Origin: Felis catus
Taxonomy: Eukaryota
Direction: 5' to 3'
NCBI RefSeq assembly: GCF_018350175.1
Contig: NC_058373.1
Span: 116,624,001 to 116,688,000 of the forward strand
Length of the DNA: 64,000 bases
Below are positions 38,991-50,519 of the stretch, in pieces. Positions within the stretch are counted from its first letter, which is position 1, and each line of letters opens with the position of its first letter. The notes beneath the pieces are model-generated. The model did not search any database. It saw nothing but the letters and a program-made list of their open reading frames with translations, and was not told the DNA's origin. Both the position numbers and the translations under genes were made by a program.

Positions 38991-39239
38991 AACTGACACG
39001 CTGTAGATCCCATGCCCAGCGTGTGTCATTGTGGTGTTGCAAGAGTGATAGAGTTGCCTTTCCAGCTCCTGAGTTCCCAGCCCTAAGAATGTTTCAGGGA
39101 GGAGCTGAGGGGACTCTTACTCAGAAGTTACTCTAGCTCTCATTTTGTTTTTTATTTCACTTGAAACTTTTAGTTAGCCCTTTTTTTTAATCTTTTACCA
39201 TTGACAACAAAATAAAACCCTTTTAGTACTTAACATCGT

Positions 39240-39445
39240 ATTAATAGCTATAGAATGCCTCGTACATACATTAATTGGCACTAATTTTTCCAACAATGCT
39301 AAGAGGGGAGTGACAACATTATTTTCATTTTAGAGTTGTAGGAATTGAGGAATTGAGGCCAGGGAGAGGTAAATTAGTCTGCCCTGCCCAAGGTTTTACC
39401 CACAATTAGTAGTTATTAGAACCAGGATTCAAATCCAGGTTTGAA
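39240..39445 (-). mobile_element. MIR
   Basis: attattttcattttagag...gaggaattgaggccagggagaggtaaattagtctgccc...agaaccaggattcaaatccaggt. Confidence 0.75.
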
Positions 39446-39915
39446 TTTGGATATTATGTGCATCTCACTGTTCCATTTGCCCATAAAGAAAGCTGGTGTT
39501 TGTGTAATAATTCAACGTACAGCGGAATCCTACAGTTATCAAGTAGGCTTGTTGTTCTGTTTGAAGTACTAAGGAATATTCTTTTTAAAAAGGTGAACAG
39601 AGATAAGAATGGAAGTAGAATTATTTTCTCTTTAGTTTCTCCATTTGAGTTTTGTTTCTAGCTTTAAACAAAACCTACACATTGAATTAAAATGAAGAAG
39701 GTGATCCTGACCTTTCTGTTCTACAGTCTGTAAGTTTCTGGTTCTCCTCAAATATAGGAGCGCCCCCCCCACCCCAGCTCTGTGGAATTACTCCATTTGT
39801 TAGGCATAATCCATTGCACATAATACCTTAGCTGTTTTGATGGTAGGAGGAGGAGAAAGGAGTACAATTTCATTTCCATGAAAATGTAATCTCACCTCTC
39901 TCAGACAGGATACTT

Positions 39916-40137
39916 TTTTTTTTTTTTTTTTTTTAACGTTTATTTATTTTTTGAGACAGAGAGAGACAGAGCATGAACGGGGGAGGGGCAGAGAGAGAGG
40001 GAGACACAGAATCAGAAACAGGCTCCAGGCTCCGAGCCATCAGCCTAGAGCCCGATGCGGGGCTCGAACTCACGGACCGCGAGATCGTGACCTGGCTGAA
40101 GTCGGACGCTTAACTGACTGCGCCACCCAGGCGCCCC
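39916..40137 (-). mobile_element. Young felid SINE (SINEC_Fc-type)
   Basis: Diagnostic head; perfect TSD agacaggatactt. Confidence 0.97.
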
Positions 40138-40669
40138 AGACAGGATACTTCTTAAAAGTGAAATGACAGTATCAAAGAGAATAAGAATGTTATGACATTG
40201 AAATCCCATTGTGGTTCTGTGATAGTGGCAGTGACAGCCAGGGGTTAATTCAAATCATAGGTCTCCAAAGCGACTCTTACCTGACAATACACCTGGCTTG
40301 TAAAGCCCAGAGAAGCTCTTTATAAACAGCTTGTGTTGTGCTGTTACAGATACTTAACGGTGCCCCCCTCCCACCCCCACGTGCCCGCTTCTCAGGGTCT
40401 GTTCTGCTGGCCCTACTCACTCCCCAGTTCAGCTCCCAGAGTGGGTCAGATGTTTTAAGAGCGAGATGTCTTTTGTGCCCAAAGGAAAACATTGGAAAAG
40501 GTTTATTTTGATTTAAAATGTTGTTTAGTAATGATGTGGATGTGTGATTTCAATGTCAAAAAGTGAATCACGAAATAATGTTTTTTTTAAATAATGTTTT
40601 AATACTATAAATCTTTTTGAAACTGCTTCTTGCCAAATCTTACCATGTGTACTTTAAATATTCTGTAGC

Positions 40670-41107
40670 ATCTGCAATGAAAGTTCTGTTTGACTATTAG
40701 GAACACAGATCTGGTTCAGCGTGGTTGATTTCTCGCATAAAATGTCTGTAGGAAAATCGTCCAGGAGTGGTGGTTCTACCAAGTCATCAGGGAGGGACTT
40801 AGGCTCCTTCTGGCTTTTAGCATCCTAAGCAGCATAAAGCTGTCTTCCACAAAACCATGGGACACTGTTGGATCTCTAGCCAAGCTGTCTACAGAAGGAG
40901 GGGAAAGAAAAGTGGCAAAAGGAACTTTCTGGAATCTCTACCCACGGACTTCTCCTTGAAACTCCTTGGCGACCACTGTCTTCAAGGGAGGCTCAGCTGT
41001 GGTGTTTAAGCAGGCACATTGCCAGCCCAGACAAAGTCAGGTTTCTATTGCTAAAGAAGAAGGGAAGGGCAGTGGACATTAGGTTTGAAAGAGTTGACTC
41101 TGCCACC
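40670..41107. mobile_element. Ancient MaLR LTR (MLT1J/K-like)
   Basis: caagggaggctcag...gcacattgccagcccagacaaagtcaggtttctattgctaaagaagaaggg...gtggacattagg...ctctgccac. Confidence 0.65.
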
Positions 41108-41269
41108 AAATGTGAAGTTTATTTTTTAAGTCATGGATCTGCCTAACCATCTTTTTAAAATTTAAAGAGAGCTGTATTATGTAAGGATATTTTAAGAAAA
41201 TATTTCAGTTCTAGGAGAAACTTTTTTCAGTCCACTGCTGTACTTTTTTATAAAATTCTTTTTTAAGAC

Positions 41270-41459
41270 ATTTTATTATTATTTTTTTAAGTTTATTTGT
41301 TTGTTTTGAGAGACAGAGAGAGCAAGGGAAGGGCAGAGAGAGCGAATTCCAAGTCATTGCAGAGCCCGACTTGGGGCTCGAACTCATAAAAACCATGAGA
41401 CCATGATCTGAGCTGAAATCAAGAGTTGGGTGCTTAACTGACGGGGCCACTAGGCATCC
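41270..41459 (-). mobile_element. CanSINE (older)
   Basis: SINE body with gagctgaaatcaagagt. Confidence 0.9.
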
Positions 41460-41739
41460 TTTGTAAAGTTCTTAATGTTCTTTTATTTCTCTCTACTAAG
41501 TGATTTTTTTAAAATTATAAATATTAATAATCTGATCTTAAAATAGAGCAGGATTGATATTATTACATGCTTCAGATTAAAAAATTCTTTCTGCTTCTCT
41601 GGAAGGCACATGTTTTAGAAATATCTGTGGAAGATCCTGAGGTCTTTCTCATAGAGCTTTAGACATAACGTGTGACAGCTCTTCCGTCAGGTGGTAAAAA
41701 CTGCTTTGGGTGGCTGTCCTCATAATCCAGTAGCGAAGT

Positions 41740-42265
41740 CTGCCATGCCCTTCTGATGTCCTGTGGTCTTTCTTACCTCTGGATTTTTCTGCTTGGTAAA
41801 TCCTCTTTATGAAAAGTTCTGCTTATACTTTTTAACCTGGGAAAACTCTCGTCATCCTTCAAGCTGTACGTCACTGCTTGGCTCTTCCTCTCCTACCTGC
41901 CGACTACCTTCTGCGCCCCATGAACCCCCCTGGTGTAGTGGCTCAGGTGCTCCTGCTGGGTGTTCTCGGGGTCTCTGCTGCCCGTATCACGGACAGGAGA
42001 TACAGCCGTGATGGAGTGGAGTGAATGAGACGGGCCGCAGGGCACTCCGACAGGTGCCCAGCCTTCCATAGGAATCACACATTGTATATATCCCTCATTG
42101 TTTCACAGTGTATCGTACGTAATTGCTTCTGTGCTTTTCTGGATGATAGATTCCTTCAGGAGAGTCGCCGTGTTCTGTTGGCTAGAGTTATTCCTGGCGC
42201 CCTGTACCGTGTGTGGTGGATAGTAGGTGCTCAGGAAATGTAATGAACGAGCGGGAACGAGTGAG
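41740..42265 (+). mobile_element. L2 3' region
   Basis: gatagattccttcaggag...ttattcctggcgccctgtaccgtgtgtggtggatagtaggtgctcaggaaatgtaatgaacga. Confidence 0.65.
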
Positions 42266-42899
42266 GGAGAAAGGAAGACTGGAGCTCTCCAGTGTTTACT
42301 TTCATCGTGCTCCACCTGCGGAGACATGCGTGAGGGAGGTCCCTGCATCCCAGAGGTGCACCCTAGCTGGGCAGGGACCGACGGTTTTCCCACGGGCTCT
42401 TTTGTCTTTGGGAACGAGCTGGCCCTCCCACAGATACCTGGGCATAGTTCTGAAACAGAATTCACTGTCATTGGAAGACTGTTAGGTAGCAGGGCTGGAT
42501 TCACCAACCTCATGTTGTTCATTAACCCTTAGTGTCTGCCTTGTGCTGGGTTCTGGAGCTGTAGAAGTGAGGAAGAGCAGTCCTTGTCTCTAAGTTCTTT
42601 TAGGATAGTGGGGAGACAGACAGGCAGACAGACACTCTGTCTTTAGTGTGTAAGTGCTTAAGTGAAAGATTAAAGGTGTGAACAGAGAAGGGACTTGTGA
42701 TTCTTACGTTTTTTTCTTTTTTCTCCTTTAAGAACATTAAGTTCTCATATGGTAGATAAGTACTGTACTGTTCCTTAAGCCCTGTTCTTTCCAAGATTTT
42801 TACAAGCCTTTTTATATTCATATGTACAAGACACCAGACTGTTGCTGCCATAAAGAGGCAAAACCAGCAGCAGAGGTGATTATGTAGCTTCTGTGGTGC

Positions 42900-43563
42900 C
42901 AGTATCTTTGGCCACTACTGCCCTGCATTTGGCAACACTGAAAAACAAATACTGCTTGAACCTTCTCTTTTTTGAGTTCCTGGCGATCTTCCTCAAGGCG
43001 ATTGCTTGATGGAAGATAGCTACTGGAAGCATCACATTCATATTCCAGAAGGTGAAAAGAGAGAGCGAAACAAGGGGGTGAAATTCTGAACAGAGTCCGC
43101 GCCCTTGAAGCAACCTTCCTTTGCTTAATTTTCTCAAAACACATATGCTCGTTTCTCATTGGCCAGACGTGCACTCACCTGGCTGCAAAGGAGGCTCAGA
43201 AAGGTAGTCTTTTAAAAAGTTAGATGCCTTGGGGCGCCTGGGTGGCGCAGTCGGTTAAGCGTCCGACTTCAGCCAGGTCACGATCTCGCGGTCTGTGAGT
43301 TTGAGCCCCGCGTCGGGCTCTGGGCTGATGGCTCAGAGCCTGGAGCCTGTTTCTGATTCTGTGTCTCCCTCTCTCTCTGCCCCTCCCCCGTTCATGCTCT
43401 GTCTCTCTCTGTCCCAAAAATAAATAAACGTTGAAAAAAAAAATTAAAATAAATAAATAAATAAATAAAAAGTTAGATGCCTTGCTTCTCCTAGATCAAT
43501 GGGGCTTCTGTTAGGAACAAGAGGAGAGTGGATATTGGGTAGTAACAAGCAGCCTCGGCCACA
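42900..43563. mobile_element. Ancient MaLR LTR (MLT1J/K-like), interrupted by a SINE
   Basis: tctcattggccaga...cctggctgcaaaggaggctcagaaaggtagtcttt...ggggcttctgttagg...gtggatattgggtag...gcagcctcggccaca. Confidence 0.7.
43231..43465 (+). mobile_element. Young felid SINE (SINEC_Fc-type)
   Basis: Diagnostic sequence; perfect 18-bp TSD taaaaagttagatgcctt (43213-43230, 43466-43483). Confidence 0.98.
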
Positions 43564-43862
43564 TAGCTCAATAAATGTTCTTTGGATGAATGACTGAATA
43601 AGGCATGACTGAGTCAAGGCCTTTGGTGCAGATACTGAGCGTTTACTTTTCATGTGGTCTGTAGTTTTTGAATCTTAAAATCGGATCGACCTTTCAGATA
43701 TCTAGAAAATGAAATGTTTGGATTTCCTCTGCCTTCTGAATCACAGCGTTGGTTTATCTTTAGGCCTGGTGGACTGGGCCAGAATTGTAGGCTAACGAGA
43801 AGAGACAACTTTGGTATGTGACACATATATGTGGCCATGTCTGATATTTTACTTTCATTCTT

Positions 43863-44081
43863 AAAAAAAAATTTTTTTTAATGTTTATTTTATTTTTACG
43901 AGGGAGAGAGAGAAAGAGCGCCAGTGAGGGAGGGCAAGAGAGAGGGAGACACAGCATTTGAAGCAGGCTCCAGGCTCTGAGCTGTCAGCACAGAGCCCAG
44001 TGCGGGGCTTGAACCCAGACAGTAAAATCATGACCTGAGTGGAAGTCGGCCGCTTTATCGACTGAGCCACCCAGGCACCCC
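43863..44081 (-). mobile_element. CanSINE
   Basis: Full SINE; TSD actttcattctt. Confidence 0.94.
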
Positions 44082-44809
44082 TCACTTTCATTCTTGATTT
44101 GTAATAGTTTATTTATGGGTCTTACTAAATTGCTGTTGTTTTGGATTAGAGAAAGAGATAGATAATTTATGTAGTTGTATTTACAGACATTTTTGAATTT
44201 ACAGATTATCTGCAATCTGTTGCTGATGTTTCAGAGATTTATTTGTCTTATTTTTCACCTTTGTCCTGGCAGCGGTTTTCCTAATGTGTTACTAAGGTTG
44301 CTAGGATGTAGTTTTTCTAAGTGATACAGTGAGGCCAATCTTAACACCACTGTGATATACTTGAAATAGAAGTTTTTAAAAATTGTGAAAGTTCTGAGTG
44401 CCTTGAGGCTTCCTCACAAATGAGGATCACAGTTTCCAAAATTATCATCAATTGGTGCTGTAATTATTTGACTGATACGATGAAAGGATATTGATGGTTT
44501 TCTTTTATCTTCCAGTTGGTGAACATAAATGCAACAGAAAACTGTATTGTCAGTGAGACTATTTTGGTCAGTATGGCCCTGTGAACTTGTACTTTCTAAA
44601 AAGAAATGTTCTGTGAGGAACCTCAAAAATAGGTTTTTGTTGGTTTCTTCTTTGGGATGATATTCATGTACTCTGCACAACATTGAAAATATGCCCTTTT
44701 ACTTCATTCTGTTGTGCTAAGCAGTCAGAAACTGGTCTCCCCAAACTCTCTAAATGTGAAGAATGGCCTGCTTTAATAGTTATGTGAAGAAGCAAACTCC
44801 AGGGACACT

Positions 44810-45028
44810 CAGCTGCAGGATGGCTCCCTCTTCACAGCTGCTGCCCTTGCTTTGTGGAGGATGCCAGTTGCTAAGAGAAGGCTTTGTCTGTTGCGCATAA
44901 AATGAACTTTGTTTGGACCTCCCTCGAGCAACTTGAACTGTGTATGAGTCCAGCTGGACATTCCTCAGCAGATGATAATTTAAATGCAGGTCAAATTTAG
45001 AGCCCAACTTACACTAGTTTAAAAATAG
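44810..45028. promoter_or_regulatory. Candidate enhancer: E-box/TEAD/MEF2 motif cluster
   Basis: CAGCTG at 44810, 44835 and 44951; CAGTTG 44865; CAGATG 44969; CATTCC 44959; TTAAAAATAG 45019-45028, in sequence I do not recognise as a repeat. Confidence 0.4.
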
Positions 45029-45992
45029 ACACTGCTGTTAGAAAGCTGACCTCTGATACATTTGGGGCTTGGGGATCTGATAGGGTATTTCTTGTAATTC
45101 CCACAGCTCTGTTTTAGGCTCTGAAAGGCAGTATGCATTTGGGTTGCGTGAAACCCGCGTCCTTGTCCTTGGGACCCCATCTTCACACCATACCTCTGTC
45201 TCTTCCAGTGAGTTACTTCCAGTGAATCTATGTATCGTAGAATAGAACCTGATTTCCGTACATTTTGTTGGATGTTTTATTGACTAGGACAGGCTGGAGA
45301 AACAGAAAAGCTAGCAGGTTAATTTTAAGATAACAAGACCGTTGTGTGATAAGTTCTTCGGTTTTATTTAGATGAGTCAGAATGGAACTCACAGTCTGTC
45401 AAATGCTACAAGTTAACATCCATACTATGCATGTGAATAATCAGGCATTAGCATATGGAGTCATTCATGTCTCCATTTATCACGCCCAGGTCTAAGGTTT
45501 ACATAGAATGTGTTGTGTTCCACAGAAAAGTTAATAGGGAACGATTGAGGTTATGAAGTTTATAACTAGCCTTTTAATGATCAGAGAGCAAGCATATATT
45601 GAGCTTACGTGAAATATTTGAATTACTGCCTAAAATTTTGTTCCCGATTAAAACAAAATGGTAAGCTTAAAGTTTTAGATACTTCAGTTATTTAGACCTC
45701 ACAGAAAAAGAAGCTTTAATAACAGTTTTTCTTTTACTCAGTAAAATCTATCTTCATTTCTGGACACCACCTCTCTTATAGTCTTAATGGTTATCATTTT
45801 TACTAGCGCCTTTATGTTTAAGCAGAGTTAGCCTTTAAACATTGAGTCTCTCTGGTACATTTAGCAACACAAAATTATGCATTGTGATCCTTTGTCTGTA
45901 ATGTAATTTTTTACATCAAAATAAATGTCTTTTAAGAAGAGATAATATGGGTTTTTGTTTGCTTTTTGTTTATAAGAGGTCATAGTATATAC

Positions 45993-46052
45993 TGTGTGTG
46001 TGTATGTGTGCGTGCGCGCACATGTACGTGTGTGTGTGTGTGTGTGTGTGTA
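45993..46052. repeat. Alternating purine-pyrimidine (TG/CG/CA) tract
   Basis: 60 bp of uninterrupted alternation including tgcgtgcgcgcaca. Confidence 0.95.
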
Positions 46053-46321
46053 GTCCATGTTATAATAATTGATGTGTTTCTGACTGAGGGCTACTGTGAA
46101 TATTTTTGCATTACCCAGGTAATGGTTAGAAATCTCCCAAGATTACCCTGCCATACTATTAGGATAGAAATGTCATACCACTGACATTGTTTGAAACATC
46201 TCTGGAAATATTTATATATTTTTTTTCTTTGTTGTATACCTATTTGGATTAAAACAAAATACTTGCAATAGTTATTTCTCATCATAACATAAATGTTGAA
46301 ACTATAAAAGGTAGAATTTCT

Positions 46322-46500
46322 GGGGTGCATGGGTGACTCAGTCAGGTATGAGTTCAACTCTTGATTTCAGCTTAGGTCATGATCTCATGGGTTGTGGGCT
46401 CAAGCCCCACTTTGGGCTCGACTGTGAGCTCGACTTTTGACTGTGTGGAACCTGCTTGAGATTCTCTCTTTCTTTTTTTCTTTCTCAAAATAAATAAGCA
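46322..46500 (+). mobile_element. CanSINE whose tail was split by an L1 insertion
   Basis: SINE head and body; its TSD aggtagaatttc is at 46309-46320 and again at 47913-47924. Confidence 0.9.
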
Positions 46501-46506
46501 TTTTTT

Positions 46507-47892
46507 TATATGAAATTTATTGACAAATTGGTTTCCATACAACACCCAGTGCTCATCCCAAAAGGTGCCCTCCTCAATACCCATCACCCACCCTCTCCTC
46601 CCTCCCACCCCCCATCAACCCTCAGTTTGTTCTCAGTTTTTAACAGTCTCTTATGCTTTGGCTCTCTCCCACTCTAACCTCTTTTTTTTTTTTTTTTCCT
46701 TCCCCTCCCCCATGCGATCCTGTTAAGTTTCTCAGGATCCACATAAGAGTGAAACCATATGGTATCTGTCTTTCTCTGTATGGCTTATTTCACTTAGCAT
46801 CACACTCTCCAGTTCCATCCACGTTGCTACAAAAGGCCATATTTCATTTTTTCTCATTGCCACATAATATTCCATTGTGTATATAAACCACAATTTCTTT
46901 ATCCATTCATCAGTTGATGGACATTTAGGCTCTTTCCATAATTTGGCTATTGTTGAGAGTGCTGCTATGAACATTGGGGTATAAGTGGCCCTATGCATCA
47001 GTACTCCTGTATCCCTTGGATAAATTCCTAGCAGTGCTATTGCTGGGTCATAGGGTAGGTCTATTTTTAATTTTCTGAGGAACCTCCACACTGCTTTCCA
47101 GAGCGGCTGCACCAATTTGCATTCCCACCAACAGTGCAAGAGGGTTCCCGTTTCTCCACATCCTCTCCAGCATCTATAGTCTCCTGGTTTGTTCATTTTG
47201 GCCACTCTGACTGGCGTGAGGTGATACCTGAGTGTGGTTTTGATTTGTATTTCCCTGATAAGGAGCGACGCTGAACATCTTTTCATGTGCCTGTTGGCCA
47301 TCCGGATGTCTTCTTTAGAGAAGTGTCTATTCATGTTTTCTGCCCATTTCTTCACTGGGTTATTTGTTTTTCGGGTGTGGAGTTTGGTGAGCTCTTTATA
47401 GATTTTGGATACTAGCCCTTTGTCCGATATGTCATTTGCGAATATCTTTTCCCATTCCGTTGGTTGCCTTTTAGTTTTGTTGGTTGTTTCCTTTGCTTTG
47501 CAGAAGCTTTTTATCTTCATAAGGTCCCAGTAATTCACTTTTGCTTTTAATTCCCTTGCCTTTGTGGATGTGTCGAGTAAGAGATTGCTACGGCTGAGGT
47601 CAGAGAGGTCTTTTCCTGCTTTCTCCTCTAAGGTTTTGATGGTTTCCTGTCTCACATTTAGATCCTTTATCCATTTTGAGTTTATTTTTGTGAATGGTGT
47701 GAGAAAGTGGTCTAGTTTCAACCTTCTGCATGTTGCTGTCCAGTTCTCCCAGCACCATTTGTTAAAGAGGCTGTCTTTTTTCCATTGAATGTTCTTTCCT
47801 GCTTTGTCAAAGATGAGTTGGCCATATGTTTGTGGGTCTAGTTCTGGGGTTTCTATTCTGTTCCATTGGTCTATGTGTCTGTTTTTGTGCCA
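46507..47892 (-). mobile_element. Young felid L1, 5'-truncated (about 1.39 kb)
   Basis: 3' UTR with AATAAA and short A-tail; perfect 17-bp TSD ataaataagcatttttt (46490-46506, 47892-47908); TT/AAAA endonuclease site. Confidence 0.97.
46732..47892 (-). pseudogene. L1 ORF2 C-terminal fragment (about 386 codons, open, no own start or promoter)
   Basis: [14 protein letters not shown]...KWCWENW...[13 protein letters not shown]...[18 protein letters not shown] (CCHC knuckle)...MVSLLCGS*; no stop between the truncation point and the natural stop. Confidence 0.95.
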
Positions 47893-48004
47893 TAAATAAG
47901 CATTTTTTAAAGAGGTAGAATTTCCTTCAAAAAGGCAACCATAGGTATTGAGTAGCTACATTATAAAGAACATTTTTAAAGTTAGTGTTTTAATAGGAAT
48001 GAAG

Positions 48005-49680
48005 ATTCTTGGGGGAAAACTTTCAGTCTTTTACCATTAAGGATGATGATCCCTGTAGGTTTTGTGCAAATACCCTTTATCAGATTAAGGATGTTCCCTT
48101 TCGTTCCTAGTTTGCTGAGAGGTTTTTTTTTTTTTTTCTTTTAAATCATGAATAGGTGTTGACTTTTGTCTGTATATGATCATACTTTTTGTCCTTTCCT
48201 ATATTAAAATAGTTTTCAGACGTGGTGTTACTGATTTTCAGATGTTAAAACAAACTTCTGTTGCTGGGATGAATCCTATTTGGTAATAGTATCTAACCTT
48301 TTTTTATTGTTGTTGGGATATGGTTTACTAATTGATAATTTTTGTATATATACTCATGAGGGATATTCATTTGTTTTCCTGTTTTATAATGTCTGTGCTT
48401 TACTTTAGTATCAGGATAGTATTGAATTCATACAATGAGTTGAGAAGTGTTCTCTGTTTCAAACTGTATTTCCTGGAAGAGTTTGAAGAATTGGCATTAT
48501 TCTTTAAATATGTGATAAAATTCAGCAGTGAAGCCATCTGGGCCTGGGATTTTCTTTGTGACAAGATTTTTAATTTCCAGTTTAATTTCGTGTTATAAGT
48601 CTATTCAGATTTTCTGTTTCTTCATGAATCTGTTTTGCTAATTTATGTCTTTCCAGGAATTTGTCTGTTTCATCTAAATTGTCTAATTTGGTGGCATACA
48701 CTTTTTCATAATTATTCTGTAGGGTCAATAGTGATGCCTCTTCTTTCATTCCTGATTTTAGTAATTGGTGTCTTTTTCTTTTTTGGTCAGCCTAAAAGTT
48801 TTGTCTTTATTGACTTTTTTAAATTAAAAGAACCAACTTTGGCTTCTTGTTTTTCTGTATTATTTTTCTGTTTTCAACTTCATTGATTTTTGCTCTTAAC
48901 TTTCAAATTTTCTTCCATTTGTTTGCTTTGGATTTAGTTTACTCTTCATCTAATTTTTTTAAGTGGAAATGAATTGAGATCTTTCTGATTTCCTAACATA
49001 GGCTAAGTTTAAGGCTGTAAAATTCTGGCAACTGCTTTAGCGACATCCTATAAATTTAACATGTTGGGTTTTATTTTCATCTAAAGATATTTATTAATTT
49101 TGCTTACAGTTTTTTTCTTTGGCCCATGGATTGTTTAGAAATTATTGTGTAATTTCCAGGTATTTGGAGATTTCCTAAATTTCTTTTGGTTGTTGACTTA
49201 ATTCTTTGGAGTCCCATATTTTGTGTTATTTCAGTACTTAAGTGTATTTTGTGACATTGCATATGGTCCAATCTTGAGCCTTCAAAAGAATGTGTTACCT
49301 GTTGTCAGAGTGTTCTTCAGATGTCAGGTCAGTATAGTTATCGGTGCTATTTAAGTGTTCATACCCTTGCTGCTTTTCTGTCGAATTGCAGTAATTTTGA
49401 ATGGAGTGTTGAAGTCTCCAGTTACTGTTGAATTGTCTTTCTCCTTTAAGTTCTGCCCATTTTCATTTCATTTGTTTTGGGGCTCTGTTGTTGGATTACA
49501 GAAGTATTTGTAATTATTATATCTCCCTGATTAATCAGCCCTTTTATTGTTTTAAACTATTCCTTTTTTCTTCACTAATATTTTTTGTCTTAAAGTCCAC
49601 TCTGTTTAATAATAGTATGGCTGCTCCTGCTCTCTTACAGTTACTGTTTCTGGTATATGTTTTTCTATCTTTGAAGGTGA
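48005..49680 (-). mobile_element. Old L1 ORF2 fragment
   Basis: gggggaaaactttcagtcttttaccattaag...cagtgaagccatctgggcctgg...ggagtgttgaagtctccagttact, antisense ORF2 with many disablements. Confidence 0.88.
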
Positions 49681-49706
49681 TAACAGTCATGTGTCAATAG
49701 GAGAAC

Positions 49707-50406
49707 TGATGAAGTTTTGGGGTGATGGTGGGGTTTGTGGGTTTTGGAGCTGACAGCCAAGAAAGAATTCTTAAAGACATCTTTGGTGCAAAAAGGTGAT
49801 TTTATTAAAGCATGGGACATGACCTGCGGGCAGAAAGAGCTGCACTGGGGTCATGACAGGTAGTCATTATATACCCTCAAGTTGGGAGGGGGTCAGGGGG
49901 AGAGTAAGTCTCCAAGGAATTTTGGAAGCAAGGTTTCCAAGACCTTGAGGGACCTTGCTGGGGAAACACCATTTATCACTGTTTAGTAAAACCTCAGTCA
50001 TAGTACCCTTCAGATGCATATTGGGGGGGCCGTCAGCTTGGAGCCTGATTGCCAGCATATATCCTGGGGCAGTTGAGATAAAGGAAGTAGACTGAATAGG
50101 ATCCTCCAGGTTTGGACAATGCTAAGCCTGGGTTCTCTTTTGCCCCTGGCAAAGTATCAACATTGAGGCAGCTGGACTCCCAAAAGGAGGAGTTTTAAGG
50201 ACTAGTCAGTGGGCTGTAGGCAGTAAGGGAATTTAATTTTTCATTTGCTTTAGTTTCCCACATTACCATGGCAAACACCTAAACCCCTTTCCTTTGTTCT
50301 TGGGTAGCTGGGAGTGTCCAAAGAATATCACACAGATCCCTTCCGGGGTGGGAGGGTGGTGCTAGCTTGTGCTTTGCCTCTCAGCCTGCCTCATGCTCCC
50401 TCATCA
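49707..50406 (-). mobile_element. Solo endogenous retrovirus LTR (700 bp, probably carnivore ERV1-type)
   Basis: Termini TGATGA...TCATCA; flanks agaac/agaat; minus-strand TATATAA (49867-49873) and AATAAA (49801-49806). Confidence 0.85.
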
Positions 50407-50519
50407 AGAATGTTAGAGTGTTATAATATCATACAGTTTTTCAGACCTGCCACATTTTCATAGCATTTTGTTATATCTGCAATAGTGATATGTCCTTAAA
50501 GTAAAAACAAAACTCTCTT

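Noticed and set aside
46732..47721. 329-aa ORF as a host gene or domesticated protein
   Set aside because: It is the C-terminus of L1 ORF2 in a truncated insertion with a TSD; the listed start is an internal TTG codon
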